Numbered from the stretch's first letter, positions 38,956 to 50,400 are shown. The stretch is 64,000 bases of DNA from an uncultured Fibrobacterales bacterium (GCA_963934255.1 CAWVXU010000003.1:1-64000); one strand, 5' to 3'. Notes: generated by a model from the sequence alone, not told the origin. Made by a program: numbers and translations.

Positions 38956-41496
38956 TTAGTCTTCAGATTCTTTGTTTGAAGTCAGGATTTCTGCTTCAAT
39001 TGGTGAAGATTCATCAGATGACTCCATCTGAAGATCTTTTCTGAGCTCTGAACTAAAGGTCAGACCCTTTTCACTTTTGCCTACTTTGACCACAGATTTG
39101 TTAAGAATATTGCCATTAAGGAAGGATTCAGCTAACTCATCTTCTACAAGATTCTGAATTGATCTAGCAAGAGGTCGAGCTCCAAGCATAGGGTCATAAC
39201 CTTCTTTGATAATATGAGCCTTAGCCTCATCATCCACTTCTAGAATGACTTGACGTTCTTCTAGTCGTTTTTGGAGGTCATCGAGTTGAATATCAACTAC
39301 TTCGACAAGATCTTCTTCATTGAGCGATCTAAAAATCACTAAATCATCTACCCGATTGATAAATTCAGGGTTAAAAACTCTTTTGATTTCATCGCGAATT
39401 TGACGATCCATGCGGTCATATTCAGCTTCATCAGTTGCTTTGGCAAAACCCATACCTGTGCCACGGCGCAGGTATTTGGCTCCCACATTAGAAGTCATAA
39501 TAATAATTGTGTTTTTAAAGTTCACTCGACGCCCATAGGAGTCCGTCAAAATACCATCATCAAGAATTTGAAGAAGAATGTTAAATACATCAGGGTGAGC
39601 TTTTTCAATTTCATCCAGTAATATTATAGAATAAGGTTTCTTGCGAACTTTTTCAGTCAATTGACCGCCTTGTTCATCATAACCAACATAGCCAGGAGGG
39701 GCACCAATCAGTCTAGATACAGAGAATTTTTCCATATATTCAGACATATCGATACGAATCATGGCATCATCGTTTTCAAATAAGCTATGAGTTAAAGCTT
39801 TGGCTAGCTCAGTTTTACCCACACCGGTTGGCCCTAAGAACATAAATGAACCCATGGGACGGCTCGTGTTATGAATCCCCGCCCTTGAACGACGGATCGA
39901 TTTGGAAATTGATTTTAGGGCTGCTTCTTGACCAATGACTCTTTTTCTGAGCTCGTCTTCAAGGTTAAGCACTTTGTGAACCTCTGAATCAGCCATGCGA
40001 GTCAATGGAATACTTGTCATTTTCGAAATCACCTCACGGATGTGGTCTTGATTGACAATCAGAAGCTCTTGTTTACGATCTTCACGCCATTTCACTTTCA
40101 TCTCAGCAATCTCAGCTTTGAGCGTATCTTGCTCATCGCGAAGTTTGGCGGCTTTTTCGTAGTCTTGGTTTTCGACGGCGCCTTCTTTATTCTTGATTAT
40201 CACATCAAGGTCAGTTTCTTTGGCGCGCATCTCTGGTGGGATTTCTAATGATGTCAAACGCACGCGGGCACCTGCTTCATCAAGAATATCAATGGCTTTA
40301 TCAGGAAGAGCTCGATCACTCATGTAGCGTTCAGACAATTGAACCGCTGACTCAAGTGCGTCATCAGTATAAGTCACTTTATGGTGATTTTCATACTTAG
40401 GACGAAGACCTTTCATTATTTGCAATGTCTCGGTCACTGAAGGAGGATCCACTAGGATTGTTTGGAAACGACGCTCAAGAGCACCGTCTTTTTCAATAAA
40501 TTTACGGTATTCATCCAATGTCGTCGCACCTATACACTGTAGGTCTCCACGAGCCAAAGCTGGTTTAAAGATATTAGACGCATCAAGTGAGCCTTCTGAC
40601 CCACCTGCCCCCACGATAGTGTGTAATTCATCAATGAAGATGATTACATCGCGATTTTTCTGAAGCTCTACCATCAAGGCTTTGAGACGCTCTTCAAATT
40701 GTCCGCGATACTTAGTACCGGCGACAATAGATGCCATATCAAGTGTCACCACTCGCTTATCTTCTAAAATTTCAGGGATTTTCTTCTGCACAATGGCTTG
40801 GGCTAGCCCCTCTACGATAGCAGTTTTACCAACACCTGGCTCGCCGATTAAACAAGGGTTGTTTTTCTTGCGTCGGCTCAAAATTTGAATGATTCGCTCA
40901 ATTTCTTCGGATCGACCAATTATAGGATCCAATTCACCCGTTTTGGCAACTTCCGTGAGATCCCGACCAAAATGATCTAAGAATGGCGTTTTAGATTTCT
41001 TTTTGGAATCTTTGGCTTCTTCACTATCCGGTGCAACAGAGCTTGAGACACCTGAAGACCCGTTAAGAACTCGTTCGATTTCTTCTTTGACTTTGGCATA
41101 CTCTACATTGACAGTGGCAAGAGCGTTGGCCGCAGCAGACTCATTATCTTTCATGAGAGCGAGTAACAAATGTTCGGTACCAATATATCGGTGACCCATA
41201 TTGGCAGCTTCTTGAGCTGCTACCTCTAGGACCTTTTTGGCTCTGGGGGTAAATGGAATCATCTGTCCGATAGTCATCATAGAACCTGTTGCGGTGATTG
41301 ATCGCTCAATATCACGACTGAGTTCACCCAAATCGACGTTTAAATTTTTAAGAACCGTGATGGCAACGCCTTCACCTTCGCGGATGAGGCCAAGTAACAA
41401 ATGTTCTGTCCCTACATAATCGTTGCCTAGGCGCACTGATTCTTCACGCGCTAATTGCATGACCTTCTTTACTCGGTCAGTAAACATTCCGTTCAC
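38956..41496 (-). CDS. clpC: ATP-dependent Clp protease ATPase subunit ClpC
   Basis: Two Clp-N repeats (GTEHLLL), [11 protein letters not shown] coiled coil, [13 protein letters not shown]. Confidence 0.96.
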   Translation of the reverse strand: MNGMFTDRVKKVMQLAREESVRLGNDYVGTEHLLLGLIREGEGVAITVLKNLNVDLGELSRDIERSITATGSMMTIGQMIPFTPRAKKVLEVAAQEAANMGHRYIGTEHLLLALMKDNESAAANALATVNVEYAKVKEEIERVLNGSSGVSSSVAPDSEEAKDSKKKSKTPFLDHFGRDLTEVAKTGELDPIIGRSEEIERIIQILSRRKKNNPCLIGEPGVGKTAIVEGLAQAIVQKKIPEILEDKRVVTLDMASIVAGTKYRGQFEERLKALMVELQKNRDVIIFIDELHTIVGAGGSEGSLDASNIFKPALARGDLQCIGATTLDEYRKFIEKDGALERRFQTILVDPPSVTETLQIMKGLRPKYENHHKVTYTDDALESAVQLSERYMSDRALPDKAIDILDEAGARVRLTSLEIPPEMRAKETDLDVIIKNKEGAVENQDYEKAAKLRDEQDTLKAEIAEMKVKWREDRKQELLIVNQDHIREVISKMTSIPLTRMADSEVHKVLNLEDELRKRVIGQEAALKSISKSIRRSRAGIHNTSRPMGSFMFLGPTGVGKTELAKALTHSLFENDDAMIRIDMSEYMEKFSVSRLIGAPPGYVGYDEQGGQLTEKVRKKPYSIILLDEIEKAHPDVFNILLQILDDGILTDSYGRRVNFKNTIIIMTSNVGAKYLRRGTGMGFAKATDEAEYDRMDRQIRDEIKRVFNPEFINRVDDLVIFRSLNEEDLVEVVDIQLDDLQKRLEERQVILEVDDEAKAHIIKEGYDPMLGARPLARSIQNLVEDELAESFLNGNILNKSVVKVGKSEKGLTFSSELRKDLQMESSDESSPIEAEILTSNKESED

Positions 41497-41561
41497 ACAA
41501 ACTCCCTCGTCTTTAGTTTTTTGAAGTACTCTATTGTTTTATTATACCAAATCATTATCAA

Positions 41562-43229
41562 TTATGCCAACTCAAAGCAAGGATAATCAAATCTACACTG
41601 AAATTCTGTTGTTTTTTCGTAGTGACGCCCCTGTCCTAGAACAGCTAAAGCCCCTGAATCAGTCTTATTTAGGCGAATATGATAATCTTCTCTAGGCTGA
41701 TTAGAGAGAGTATCAGTTGGATCCAAAACAAGTACCACAGCAGCACCCGTCAGGGCTACAATCTTATCCAAAGATAATGCGAGTGAAATGTTTTCACCTG
41801 ATGTAGTGATTTGAGTCCCACTAAAGCCAGGTAATTTAGGCATACCGTCAATAATAATGGTTGTATATTCTTTTTGTTCCCATTGAGCGGCGCCTCGAAC
41901 ACGTTTGGAAATCAAATCCCCAAATTCAGCCACGTTTTTTTCTACACCAAGCAGATGTAAGAAATCAAGATTGGGATGTTTGGCCGTTTCGCCACGCCCT
42001 CGAGCGACTTCCCAAACTCGCTGGACAAAACTACTTGAGTCAAGCTCCATGTTAACATAAAGTACTCTCGACTCTTCTGTGGCAATATCCATCCATGAAC
42101 GACCATGAGCAATCGCTAGTGCCATATCAATTGAAAGCCATGACTTACCTGTGTTCTTATCTCCCACAAGGATCACTTTATGAGACTGACGAAACATATC
42201 ATTGAGAAGCTCTAAAGTTTTGGCTGGGGGTTCTTCATATTCTTGAGCTTCTTCAATTAAAGGATCACCATCCAGATAATCATTGGCCCAAACTTGCCAT
42301 TTTTCAAAATCTTCCGCTCCAATATTTGATTCCATGAGGTGACACTGTTTACCTCCAATCAAACTACCCGGGATAGAAACAAAAGCCAAAGGATCGCCAT
42401 CATAGGTATTGACATCAAAATCATTTTCTTTGCAAACTCGATTGATGACACTGACTTTGGCTAGATAGTCCGTCCGGTCAAAGGCACTAATATCCACCCA
42501 AGCTTGGAGGTATTTACCGCCGACATTGACGACTGCAGTACAAGGTAGATTGACCGCTTTGAGATAGGCTAGCTGCATCCCAAGTTCCATACGGCGACTT
42601 TCCACCAAGACATATTTATAGCGAGAAAGGTCCGATTCTCTATCACCAAGAGTTGAGTTTAATCTCAGCCACGCACCGGTTTCTCCATCAAAACTTCGGG
42701 AAATTTTGAGCAACTTATTTTCATCAGCCAACAAATCTTTGACTAATTGAATAGAGGATTTGGATTCTTTGTTTTTGGTGATAGCAACATTGTCGGTAGG
42801 CTGAAAACATATGGAGAGTAATTTGATAAAATCTTTGCGCCAATCATCTGCTGGCCATGGGATGTTTTGAGATTCAATATTCAGACTGCGTAAGGCTTGT
42901 CTTCGTTTCATAAAAGGATGAAAAGCGGCCATTGATTGAGCATCAGTTGTACCCGATTGAGTATTTGCCCTAGAGGTTGAAGCAGCTTCTGCTGAGTCCC
43001 CACCAAATGCGGCTTTACGCTGTGCTTTTTCAAAACCTTCTCGGAGTAAATGCTCGACTCGATCGGAGTTAATCCCCAGCTCTTTAGCACGCGACCCAAG
43101 TTGGAATGAACTTTCCATAAAGGTCCAACCGCGCGCAAATGCTTCAACACAAGCATCATAAAAAAGCCCTTCAGCCTTATCCGGATCGAACTCAGAGTTC
43201 ATAAATTCGGTAATTGGACTTATTGCCAT
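41562..43229 (-). CDS. AAA_25/RepA-like ATPase fused to a degenerate phage-type primase domain
   Basis: Walker A GDKNTGKS, RVLYVNME, IIIDG; upstream YVLVES...NLPCTAVVNVGGKYLQAWV resembles phage RepA-type primase-helicases. Confidence 0.7.
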   Translation of the reverse strand: MAISPITEFMNSEFDPDKAEGLFYDACVEAFARGWTFMESSFQLGSRAKELGINSDRVEHLLREGFEKAQRKAAFGGDSAEAASTSRANTQSGTTDAQSMAAFHPFMKRRQALRSLNIESQNIPWPADDWRKDFIKLLSICFQPTDNVAITKNKESKSSIQLVKDLLADENKLLKISRSFDGETGAWLRLNSTLGDRESDLSRYKYVLVESRRMELGMQLAYLKAVNLPCTAVVNVGGKYLQAWVDISAFDRTDYLAKVSVINRVCKENDFDVNTYDGDPLAFVSIPGSLIGGKQCHLMESNIGAEDFEKWQVWANDYLDGDPLIEEAQEYEEPPAKTLELLNDMFRQSHKVILVGDKNTGKSWLSIDMALAIAHGRSWMDIATEESRVLYVNMELDSSSFVQRVWEVARGRGETAKHPNLDFLHLLGVEKNVAEFGDLISKRVRGAAQWEQKEYTTIIIDGMPKLPGFSGTQITTSGENISLALSLDKIVALTGAAVVLVLDPTDTLSNQPREDYHIRLNKTDSGALAVLGQGRHYEKTTEFQCRFDYPCFELA

Positions 43230-43379
43230 ACTACACCACCAGTAATAAAAATTTATCTAGTCCTAAATTGACAATTGACAATCAATCAGACCCTTTCAAA
43301 AAATATATGCATATCGATCAATAAATCACCCTAAATTCCTCAATATTATCTAAAAACTGAATTTTTCAGGCGGTAAAAC

Positions 43380-43407
43380 AAAAAAGACGACCAAGAGGCC
43401 GCCTTTT
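43380..43407 (-). terminator. Intrinsic terminator of the GH18 gene
   Basis: Minus strand AAAAGGCGGCC-TCTT-GGTCGTCTTTTTT. Confidence 0.75.
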
Positions 43408-43458
43408 CATTAGTCTGTGAATTGGATTCTGTCGATTGGGGGTTCGAAAGAATTCCGA

Positions 43459-44757
43459 CTAACGGACTAATAATTTTTGTGACATTGAGGATACAGCACC
43501 TTCGGCGGAAATCTCTAAGAAATAAATCCCCTGCTGTAACTCTTGAGACCACTGAGTCAGATCAGTATTAGAACCAGTATTTTGAACTTGAACACCGAGC
43601 GAATTCGTTAGTTTCACCTGAATATTTTGACCATTGGAATTACTTAATTGAAGGTAACTCTTATTAATTTCTAATACTTTAATTCCTAATTCTAGCTCAT
43701 AAAAATCTAGCGCAGAAGCAGTTTCTGAACTCGAAGAAACTTCCCCAGATGAACTCACAGCCACTTCGCTAGAGCTTGAAGCAACTGATGAGGAGGAAAC
43801 CGGGATAACATCGTCGTGATATTGTGGGGTGACGACTTCGTTAATAGCTTTAAGAAGTGAATATTCGTGGTAAATATTATCCTGGCTCACTTCCCAAATC
43901 ATGATGCCCGCATAGCCTTCATCTTTGACATATTGTGTCTTTTTTTTGATTAGATCATAACCATTAAAATAATGACCGTCCCAAACATCGACTGAGGGCA
44001 ATATATCTGGGTTAGCAGTTAATATTTCAGAATATTTTATCGTACTACTCCAGTTTTTTAATCCATAAAAAGGAACTCCGACGATGATTTTACTTTTAGG
44101 AACACCTTTATTGACCCAATAATTAATGTGGTTCACCATTTTATCATAAGAAGAATGATTTTGATCCCAACCGCTTTCGACCCAATCATCATATGCCATA
44201 ATATTGACATAGTCCACGTTGGTAAACAAAGATACCGGAAAGTACTTACCATTATAACCAGTCGCTGGGACATCAACACTTATGGTGGATCCTGCAGGAA
44301 GTGCGGTCTTTAACTGAGCTAAAAATGTTGCATAGTTATTTTGCTCAGTGGTTGATGAAGGGAATTCCCAATCAATATCTACACCAGTGAATTGAAAATC
44401 ATCAACAAGCTTGACAATGTTTTCAATAAAAGTTGCCCTATAGGTGGGGCCAGTAGCACTAGCAAATCCGCCAGAATTGTTATTACCACCAATAGTTAGC
44501 ACAGCTCGAGTGCCTCGAACAATGGCAATCTCAGCCCACACTCCTCCATCATTTGGGTTGAGTGTGGCAGGTAAAGTCATTGTCCCGTTGTATACAGGTA
44601 CTGCAGTGAAAAAATTTAGCTGGGACAATGATTCGATGTGCTCAAGTTGAAATCCAAAACCAGATCCATAATCCGGAAAAAACCCAACCACTTCGAATGA
44701 CCAACTCGATATTGTCAAAATTAGGGTGGTAATAATTGCTTTGAATGATTGCTTCAT
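43459..44757 (-). CDS. Secreted GH18 chitinase with Ser linker and T9SS-like C-terminal domain
   Basis: LTIGG, FTGVDIDWEFP (DxDxE), NIMAYD, GVPFYG, GIMIWE; tail LTNSLG...LQQGIYFLEI. ATG 44757 has a GGAG Shine-Dalgarno. Confidence 0.92.
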   Translation of the reverse strand: MKQSFKAIITTLILTISSWSFEVVGFFPDYGSGFGFQLEHIESLSQLNFFTAVPVYNGTMTLPATLNPNDGGVWAEIAIVRGTRAVLTIGGNNNSGGFASATGPTYRATFIENIVKLVDDFQFTGVDIDWEFPSSTTEQNNYATFLAQLKTALPAGSTISVDVPATGYNGKYFPVSLFTNVDYVNIMAYDDWVESGWDQNHSSYDKMVNHINYWVNKGVPKSKIIVGVPFYGLKNWSSTIKYSEILTANPDILPSVDVWDGHYFNGYDLIKKKTQYVKDEGYAGIMIWEVSQDNIYHEYSLLKAINEVVTPQYHDDVIPVSSSSVASSSSEVAVSSSGEVSSSSETASALDFYELELGIKVLEINKSYLQLSNSNGQNIQVKLTNSLGVQVQNTGSNTDLTQWSQELQQGIYFLEISAEGAVSSMSQKLLVR

Positions 44758-44842
44758 TTTAATCTCCGAATTTTCACTTACTCCCATTCTATATTCTTAA
44801 AATCGTGAGAGTTCAATCAGATTGAAAGATTCGGACTCAAGC

Positions 44843-44916
44843 TGTACACAATGGCAAAAAAGTGATGAAAGAGACAAAAACCTAAATAAATGCTACGCGT
44901 ACACTCAATGTGTACA
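44843..44916. promoter_or_regulatory. Candidate operator: palindrome plus an extra half-site
   Basis: TGTACACAAT (44843-44852) and GTACAC-N5-GTGTAC within 44898-44916. Confidence 0.5.
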
Positions 44917-44967
44917 GAGATTTAATTACTTGTGTCCGATGAGCAATTGTGATATTACTTTATTAGT

Positions 44968-45825
44968 ATGGATAAAATTTTTCAATACACCGATTATAGG
45001 CAATATCTCAAAGCTTATTATGATTTTAAGAAGGAAACGACTTCTTACTTTTCATACCGATATTTCTCTTTGAAGGCTGGGATTAATTCACCTTCCTACC
45101 TTAAAAGTGTGATTGAAGGTAAACGCAATTTATCCAAAGTTTCCACTGAGAAATTTATTCAAGGGCTAGGGCACTCAGAAAAAGAAGCTCAATACTTCCG
45201 AGTTCTCATTTTATTTAATCAATCAAGTGTGCCTGAAGAAAAACAACAATTCTATACTCAGATGCTTGCCATGTCAGATTTTGTGAATGACACCAAGCTC
45301 TCGTCTAACCAATACCAATATTTGAAAAATTGGTACACCCCTGTTATCCGCGAGTTAGTCAGCTATTTCGACTTTGAAAATGACTTTCAACTTTTAGCAG
45401 ATGCAGTCTTCCCACCGATTACTGAAAACGCCGCGAAGCGTTCTTTTGAATTTTTACTCAAAAGTAAATTAATCAAAAAATCTCCCGCAGGCCTTTATAA
45501 TCAAACCAACCGAGCTCTGACTTCCGGCAAAGATCATCCGGAGACTCTCGGACTAGTTCGAAGAAACTACCATAAACAGATGATTCAAAAGGCTGCAGAT
45601 AGTCTTGATGAAGTTTCCATTGAAGAGCGTCTGGCTATGGGGATTTCTGTAGGGATTTCTAAAACGGGATATGATGTGCTTCTTTCTGAGATAGCAGCAT
45701 TTCGAGAACGCATAATAACTCTTGTTGATAAAGACCAGGCGACTCACCGGACTTATCAATTTAATATTCAGCTTTTCCCTACGAGTTTTGGTCTTGATGA
45801 AATTCACGAACGGAGTGAAAAATGA
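44968..45825 (+). CDS. TIGR02147 family protein (second paralogue)
   Basis: IFQYTDYRQYLKAYY, FSYRYFS.KAG..SPSYLKSVIEGKRNLS, WYTPVIRELV, VFPPIT, YQFNIQLFP. Confidence 0.9.
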   Translation: MDKIFQYTDYRQYLKAYYDFKKETTSYFSYRYFSLKAGINSPSYLKSVIEGKRNLSKVSTEKFIQGLGHSEKEAQYFRVLILFNQSSVPEEKQQFYTQMLAMSDFVNDTKLSSNQYQYLKNWYTPVIRELVSYFDFENDFQLLADAVFPPITENAAKRSFEFLLKSKLIKKSPAGLYNQTNRALTSGKDHPETLGLVRRNYHKQMIQKAADSLDEVSIEERLAMGISVGISKTGYDVLLSEIAAFRERIITLVDKDQATHRTYQFNIQLFPTSFGLDEIHERSEK

Positions 45826-47423
45826 AAAACCTCAATTCTCATTCCAATATTTTACTCAATCTAACTCTAGCCAGCCTGTTCACCTTCATGTCAATGGGTT
45901 GTTCTGATACCCAAGTCGCCGGTGGATCAACCACCACTGAAAATGGCATCGTAACAGGAACTGTCACCAACTCACAAGGTCAAATAAAAGCTCAATCTAA
46001 AGTCAGCCTACTACCTAATAACTTTGATCCGCTTTTGGATTCAGATTCTTTAATCCAAATTTCAGAAACTGATTCGACGGGTTACTTTGAGTTTGAAGTC
46101 GCCCTCACTGAAATTGAAGACAATATTGAAAACAATCAAGCAGAATATACCATACTCGTTGAAGGAAATACTGAGGCCGCTCTCTTAAGTTCTATTACCT
46201 CATCCACAGAAGGGTATCAAATCACCACTGGCCAATATTCAGTTCTCACTATTTTCACCACTCAAATAGACACACTCAGACTGATCGGAACTCCCTATTT
46301 AGGCATACGTGTGGACTCATCTATTCATTTTGATTTACTCGCTCCGGGTACTTATGATGTCCTGCTTTCCAACTTATCCAATCCTGATTACACTCAGGTC
46401 TTAGTCCTTGAACCAGGTGATACTATCTCATTAAACGATCAAGCAGAACCAGTTATAGTGATTGAACCCATTGACTCTATTCCCCCGATTATCACTGATA
46501 CATCTCTTATCCCTGACACCACGGTTACCGCGACCTTCCCTGTCAACTATGTGCCGATTGACCCGAGTTGGGTTGAGCTCTATACTCACTCAAATAAAAT
46601 TTATTCCCTGGCTTATGAAAGTTCAACTTGGTGGGTAGGCACAGAGTCTCAGGGTATCTGGTCCTCAACTTTTCTTTCTCTATTTGTACAAAATGGTTCT
46701 GCTCAAACGGCACAAAATCGAGAAGCAATACTCGACTTTAAATTATGGACTCAAGACTTGAACAGAAACATGGTTATGTATGGTGATCAACATTGTTATG
46801 TCTATATCAACTCGGTCTATGCTGAAGTGGGGATCACCTTCCTTGAGTCACACTTTGGCGACCCTTGTCTCTTTTCTCACATTGACTCTGAGGGGCAGAT
46901 CTATTTAGGTTTTAACAATGTGATTGAAAAAAGGAATACTTCTGGAGGTTGGACGGAGATTTTGCTTGATGAGGTTTTGGGGGTCACTTCTCATGCATAT
47001 GGGTCTTGGGCTTGGAATACTCAATCGGAAATCATTCAGCTCTCTGATCTATCTGTTATTTCACTTCCAACCGAGTTTGAAGCTTCAAGTCAAGGACAAA
47101 TATCTTCCATGGTCAAGACAAATGAAGGCTTTTACTTCACTACAGCCTCCGCTATCCACTTCTTTGACGGCGTTAATTATACCGAAATAGCTCAAATTGA
47201 GTCAGCTCGTGAGCTCATGGTGAACCCTCAAGGTCAAATCACAGGGTTGAGTGGAACGACGGACTTTTTCATCTTTGATAATCAAGAGTTGACTGTTTTT
47301 CAAAATATCAATTTATCCAACTCTAGTGGTACTTTAAAGATGACTCAAGTGGGGACTCAGTTTTACTTCACTCAGGGTGAATTTGACCTCGTAGAAGTGA
47401 CTATCCCTCCCTCACTTCAATAG
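45822..47423 (+). CDS. Lipoprotein with carboxypeptidase-regulatory-like beta-sandwich and probable C-terminal beta-propeller
   Basis: Lipobox SMGC|SD; VTGTVTNSQG...ETDSTGYFEF; blade-like WWVGT, IYLG, FYFTT; ATGA overlap. Confidence 0.75.
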   Translation: MKNLNSHSNILLNLTLASLFTFMSMGCSDTQVAGGSTTTENGIVTGTVTNSQGQIKAQSKVSLLPNNFDPLLDSDSLIQISETDSTGYFEFEVALTEIEDNIENNQAEYTILVEGNTEAALLSSITSSTEGYQITTGQYSVLTIFTTQIDTLRLIGTPYLGIRVDSSIHFDLLAPGTYDVLLSNLSNPDYTQVLVLEPGDTISLNDQAEPVIVIEPIDSIPPIITDTSLIPDTTVTATFPVNYVPIDPSWVELYTHSNKIYSLAYESSTWWVGTESQGIWSSTFLSLFVQNGSAQTAQNREAILDFKLWTQDLNRNMVMYGDQHCYVYINSVYAEVGITFLESHFGDPCLFSHIDSEGQIYLGFNNVIEKRNTSGGWTEILLDEVLGVTSHAYGSWAWNTQSEIIQLSDLSVISLPTEFEASSQGQISSMVKTNEGFYFTTASAIHFFDGVNYTEIAQIESARELMVNPQGQITGLSGTTDFFIFDNQELTVFQNINLSNSSGTLKMTQVGTQFYFTQGEFDLVEVTIPPSLQ

Positions 47424-47495
47424 TTGCTTTATCAAATAAAAAACCTACTTTCTACACTATAAGTCGGTATTTTTAAAACGACCCTTGGAGGTCTT

Positions 47496-50400
47496 ATGTT
47501 TTTGGCCCATTTCCTGATATTTATATCCCCGATGATGGCCTTGGCAGCTATTAATGTTGAGATTAAAAACCCCAAGTGGGATGACGCTTCTTGGGTCTCT
47601 CATCAAGATGACTTCAGCATTTGTAATAATAGCCCTATCAGCTACGTACTTGATGGGGTCAGGTATCAAACACCTGAGGTATCTGCTTGGACTGTCTCTG
47701 AACCTGTTCAAGGAAAAGACAAGACCTATGATTTCAAAATCCCCGAGTACAAAAAACGCGTAGGTGGTAACCAATGTCTCACCTTTGACACTGGATTTAC
47801 CGGAACTCCAACGGGCAATGACTGGACCCCCTATGACCCACAAGCTTTGGTCAAGACCGGATATTGTGGTGGTCTTTCGCAAGAGCCTAACTCTAGTCCG
47901 ATCACTTGTGCTGAGGCAATCTCTTCGACTCAATCAGGCGATTATTATAATGAAAATTACTGTTTAATTGACGGTTTTGGCACTCGTGGTGGCCCCATGA
48001 GTGGTGGCTGGATTGATACTTTTGAAGGTGAGACTCAAATTCAAGTAGCACTTCCTCAAATTCCTTTTAACCAAAATAGCACCTTTATCACTTTTGAGCC
48101 TGATGAAATGGGTGGTCCGATGTATATGATGGCGCTTGCCATGGGCCAAGAATATATGCACATGGATATGCAATTTTTGATTGGTATTGGCGGGGGTGAA
48201 AACTTCACAGGTATGGTGCACTGGGAAACCATGGGTGAAGTCGCTGGCCCTCGAGCAGGTTTGCTTTATGGTACCGGTAATAATGGAATGAATGGCGTTG
48301 ATTTTGGTCCTTTTTCGATTGAGCCTCCTACGATGGGTGATAATGTTACTAAGAGTTATCCCAGCTTCTTCCCTGAATACCCCTGTCTCAGTGAAGAAAG
48401 TGCCCCCGGATGTCCATCTGGTCATGACATAGCCAACGAATACATGCAAACTCCTGGCACAGGAATGGTCGCGCCCAATTCCCCTGAGATGGCTGGAGCC
48501 GTGATTATTTCAGGTCTAGGCTTCTGGTTTATTTATGATCTAATCGCTAATGCAACTGACTTTTGTATGGCACAAGTCATTAGTGAAGGTAAAGATTCTT
48601 TAGCCGCGATGAAAATGATGGGTAAAGCTTATAATAAAGGAATCAACTCAGGCTATGAAAATCCATTTTCAGATCCAAGTGCTATTGGCATGGAAGACAT
48701 TACCCCTTTACTCGGAGCCGGCGGTGGTTTCTATGTAGAAAAAGCCTTAAAAGGAGCCTACCCTCTCGTTGAAGCCAATCATAACTCAGAGGCTTGTGGT
48801 GGAACAGAACCTATTTATGACGCAAAAATTGACAAGAAAACTCTCCAAGATTTTTTCTTTGGCACGGATGGCACACCCACAACTCTAGGCCATGGAGGGG
48901 TCATGCATCACTTCAGCGCTACACCAGAAAAACGAGAGGAAATGTGGGATGATGTCATGTGTGCATTTAATTCATTAAGCTCTCATTGGTCCAATGAAAC
49001 GCCTTCTATCAGCTACCGATATGATTTCATTAGCATACTTCGAGTAGCTAAAAGGCACTTCAGTGTGGCAAGACCTCTTCCTAATAATTTCACGTACACC
49101 AACTGGCTACTCACAAGAACTGAAAATCCAGTTGCGTGCGATGGGACAGTCATTGATGAAGTTTACCCTTGGTGGGAGATTCAATCTAAAGTTCAATCTA
49201 GTGATTTCATTATCGAAATCAAGGTTGAAGACAATGATTCCATTGCTAAGGTAGAATGGAGCTTGGGTGATGAATGGATAAGCTGGGAACAAGCTACTTG
49301 GAAAAATGGCACAGGCAAAGGTGATGCGAGTTACAACATTCAAATCCCTCAGTCGCTTCTTCAAGAAATGGGACTTGAGAAAAGTCACTTCTTATGGATC
49401 CGAACAACTGATGGATGTGGAAATTCAACGATCGGCAAGACACTTATAGAGGGTCAACCGCTTCCGAGTTTAGACTCAGCATTTGTATATGATGTCAATG
49501 GAGATGGTGAGGCAGATTCAATTCATGTCTACGGATCTGAATTTGAAGGTCCTGATGCCTCAGAAGCCATTAAACTTTTTGAATTTGATAGTTTATCATA
49601 TGCTTGGCCAAATATATCCACACACTACCTAAGATCCCGAGCCGACTTCGAGAATGGCGAGTTTAGTATATTCGATAACGAGCTTCGAGGATCAAGTGGA
49701 CAAGGCCAGGCCACACTATACATACAAGGTGGCCCTCTGAACACACCTATAGAAGACCGTATTGGTCCAGTTATATCTTATGCTGCAATAACCGATTACC
49801 CAGTTGCATCAAAAGCTGACACTTTGATAATCCTCTTTTCTGAAGCGATTCAACTCGATTTCAAGACCGACTTCTCTTACCTTTTGGTCAATGGCGTTGA
49901 GGTCAGCTCTAGCCAAGTCAAGCACATTAATGGCCAACTTTACCATTTCATATTTCCTCGCGGTACGATCGTTAAGGATGATTTAGTTAAAATTCGATTT
50001 GAGTCTGAAATTACTGATGTCAATCAAAACCCTGCACTTGCGATCAACCAAGAAGTCATTGTCATACTCGATGAAGGACCTATTGGACTTGCCGATTCAG
50101 GTCATGGTTTCTTTGATATGAATAATGACGGAACAATGGACCGACTTGTTATTAATTTCTTAAGACCAGCACAAGGGAAGCCCATGGATGTTGAATTGAA
50201 TTGGAAGGACGATGATGATGATATACAGCTTCATACTCTGCTGATATCCGATGCCCAATTTACCAACACCCTAGCTATCTGGAACTTTGACTCTACTTTA
50301 AATTTCGCAACAGAGACAACTTACTATGATTCGACTCAGTCCAACTGGGGGCAAGTGACTGTCACACAAGACAATCTGAGTAATGGTGAGCAAACTATTC

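Noticed and set aside
41562..43229. Prophage or integrative element around the primase-helicase-like gene
   Set aside because: No integrase, structural genes or att-like repeats; flanked by core genes and a chitinase.
43268..43281. TTGACAA-TTGACAA tandem upstream of the ATPase-clpC genes as a CtsR box
   Set aside because: The period is 7 rather than the 10 of CtsR heptads, and no ctsR/mcsAB is present in the window.
44822..45073. 83-aa ORF upstream of and overlapping TIGR02147 copy 2
   Set aside because: TTG start, out-of-frame overlap, and spans the divergent promoter.
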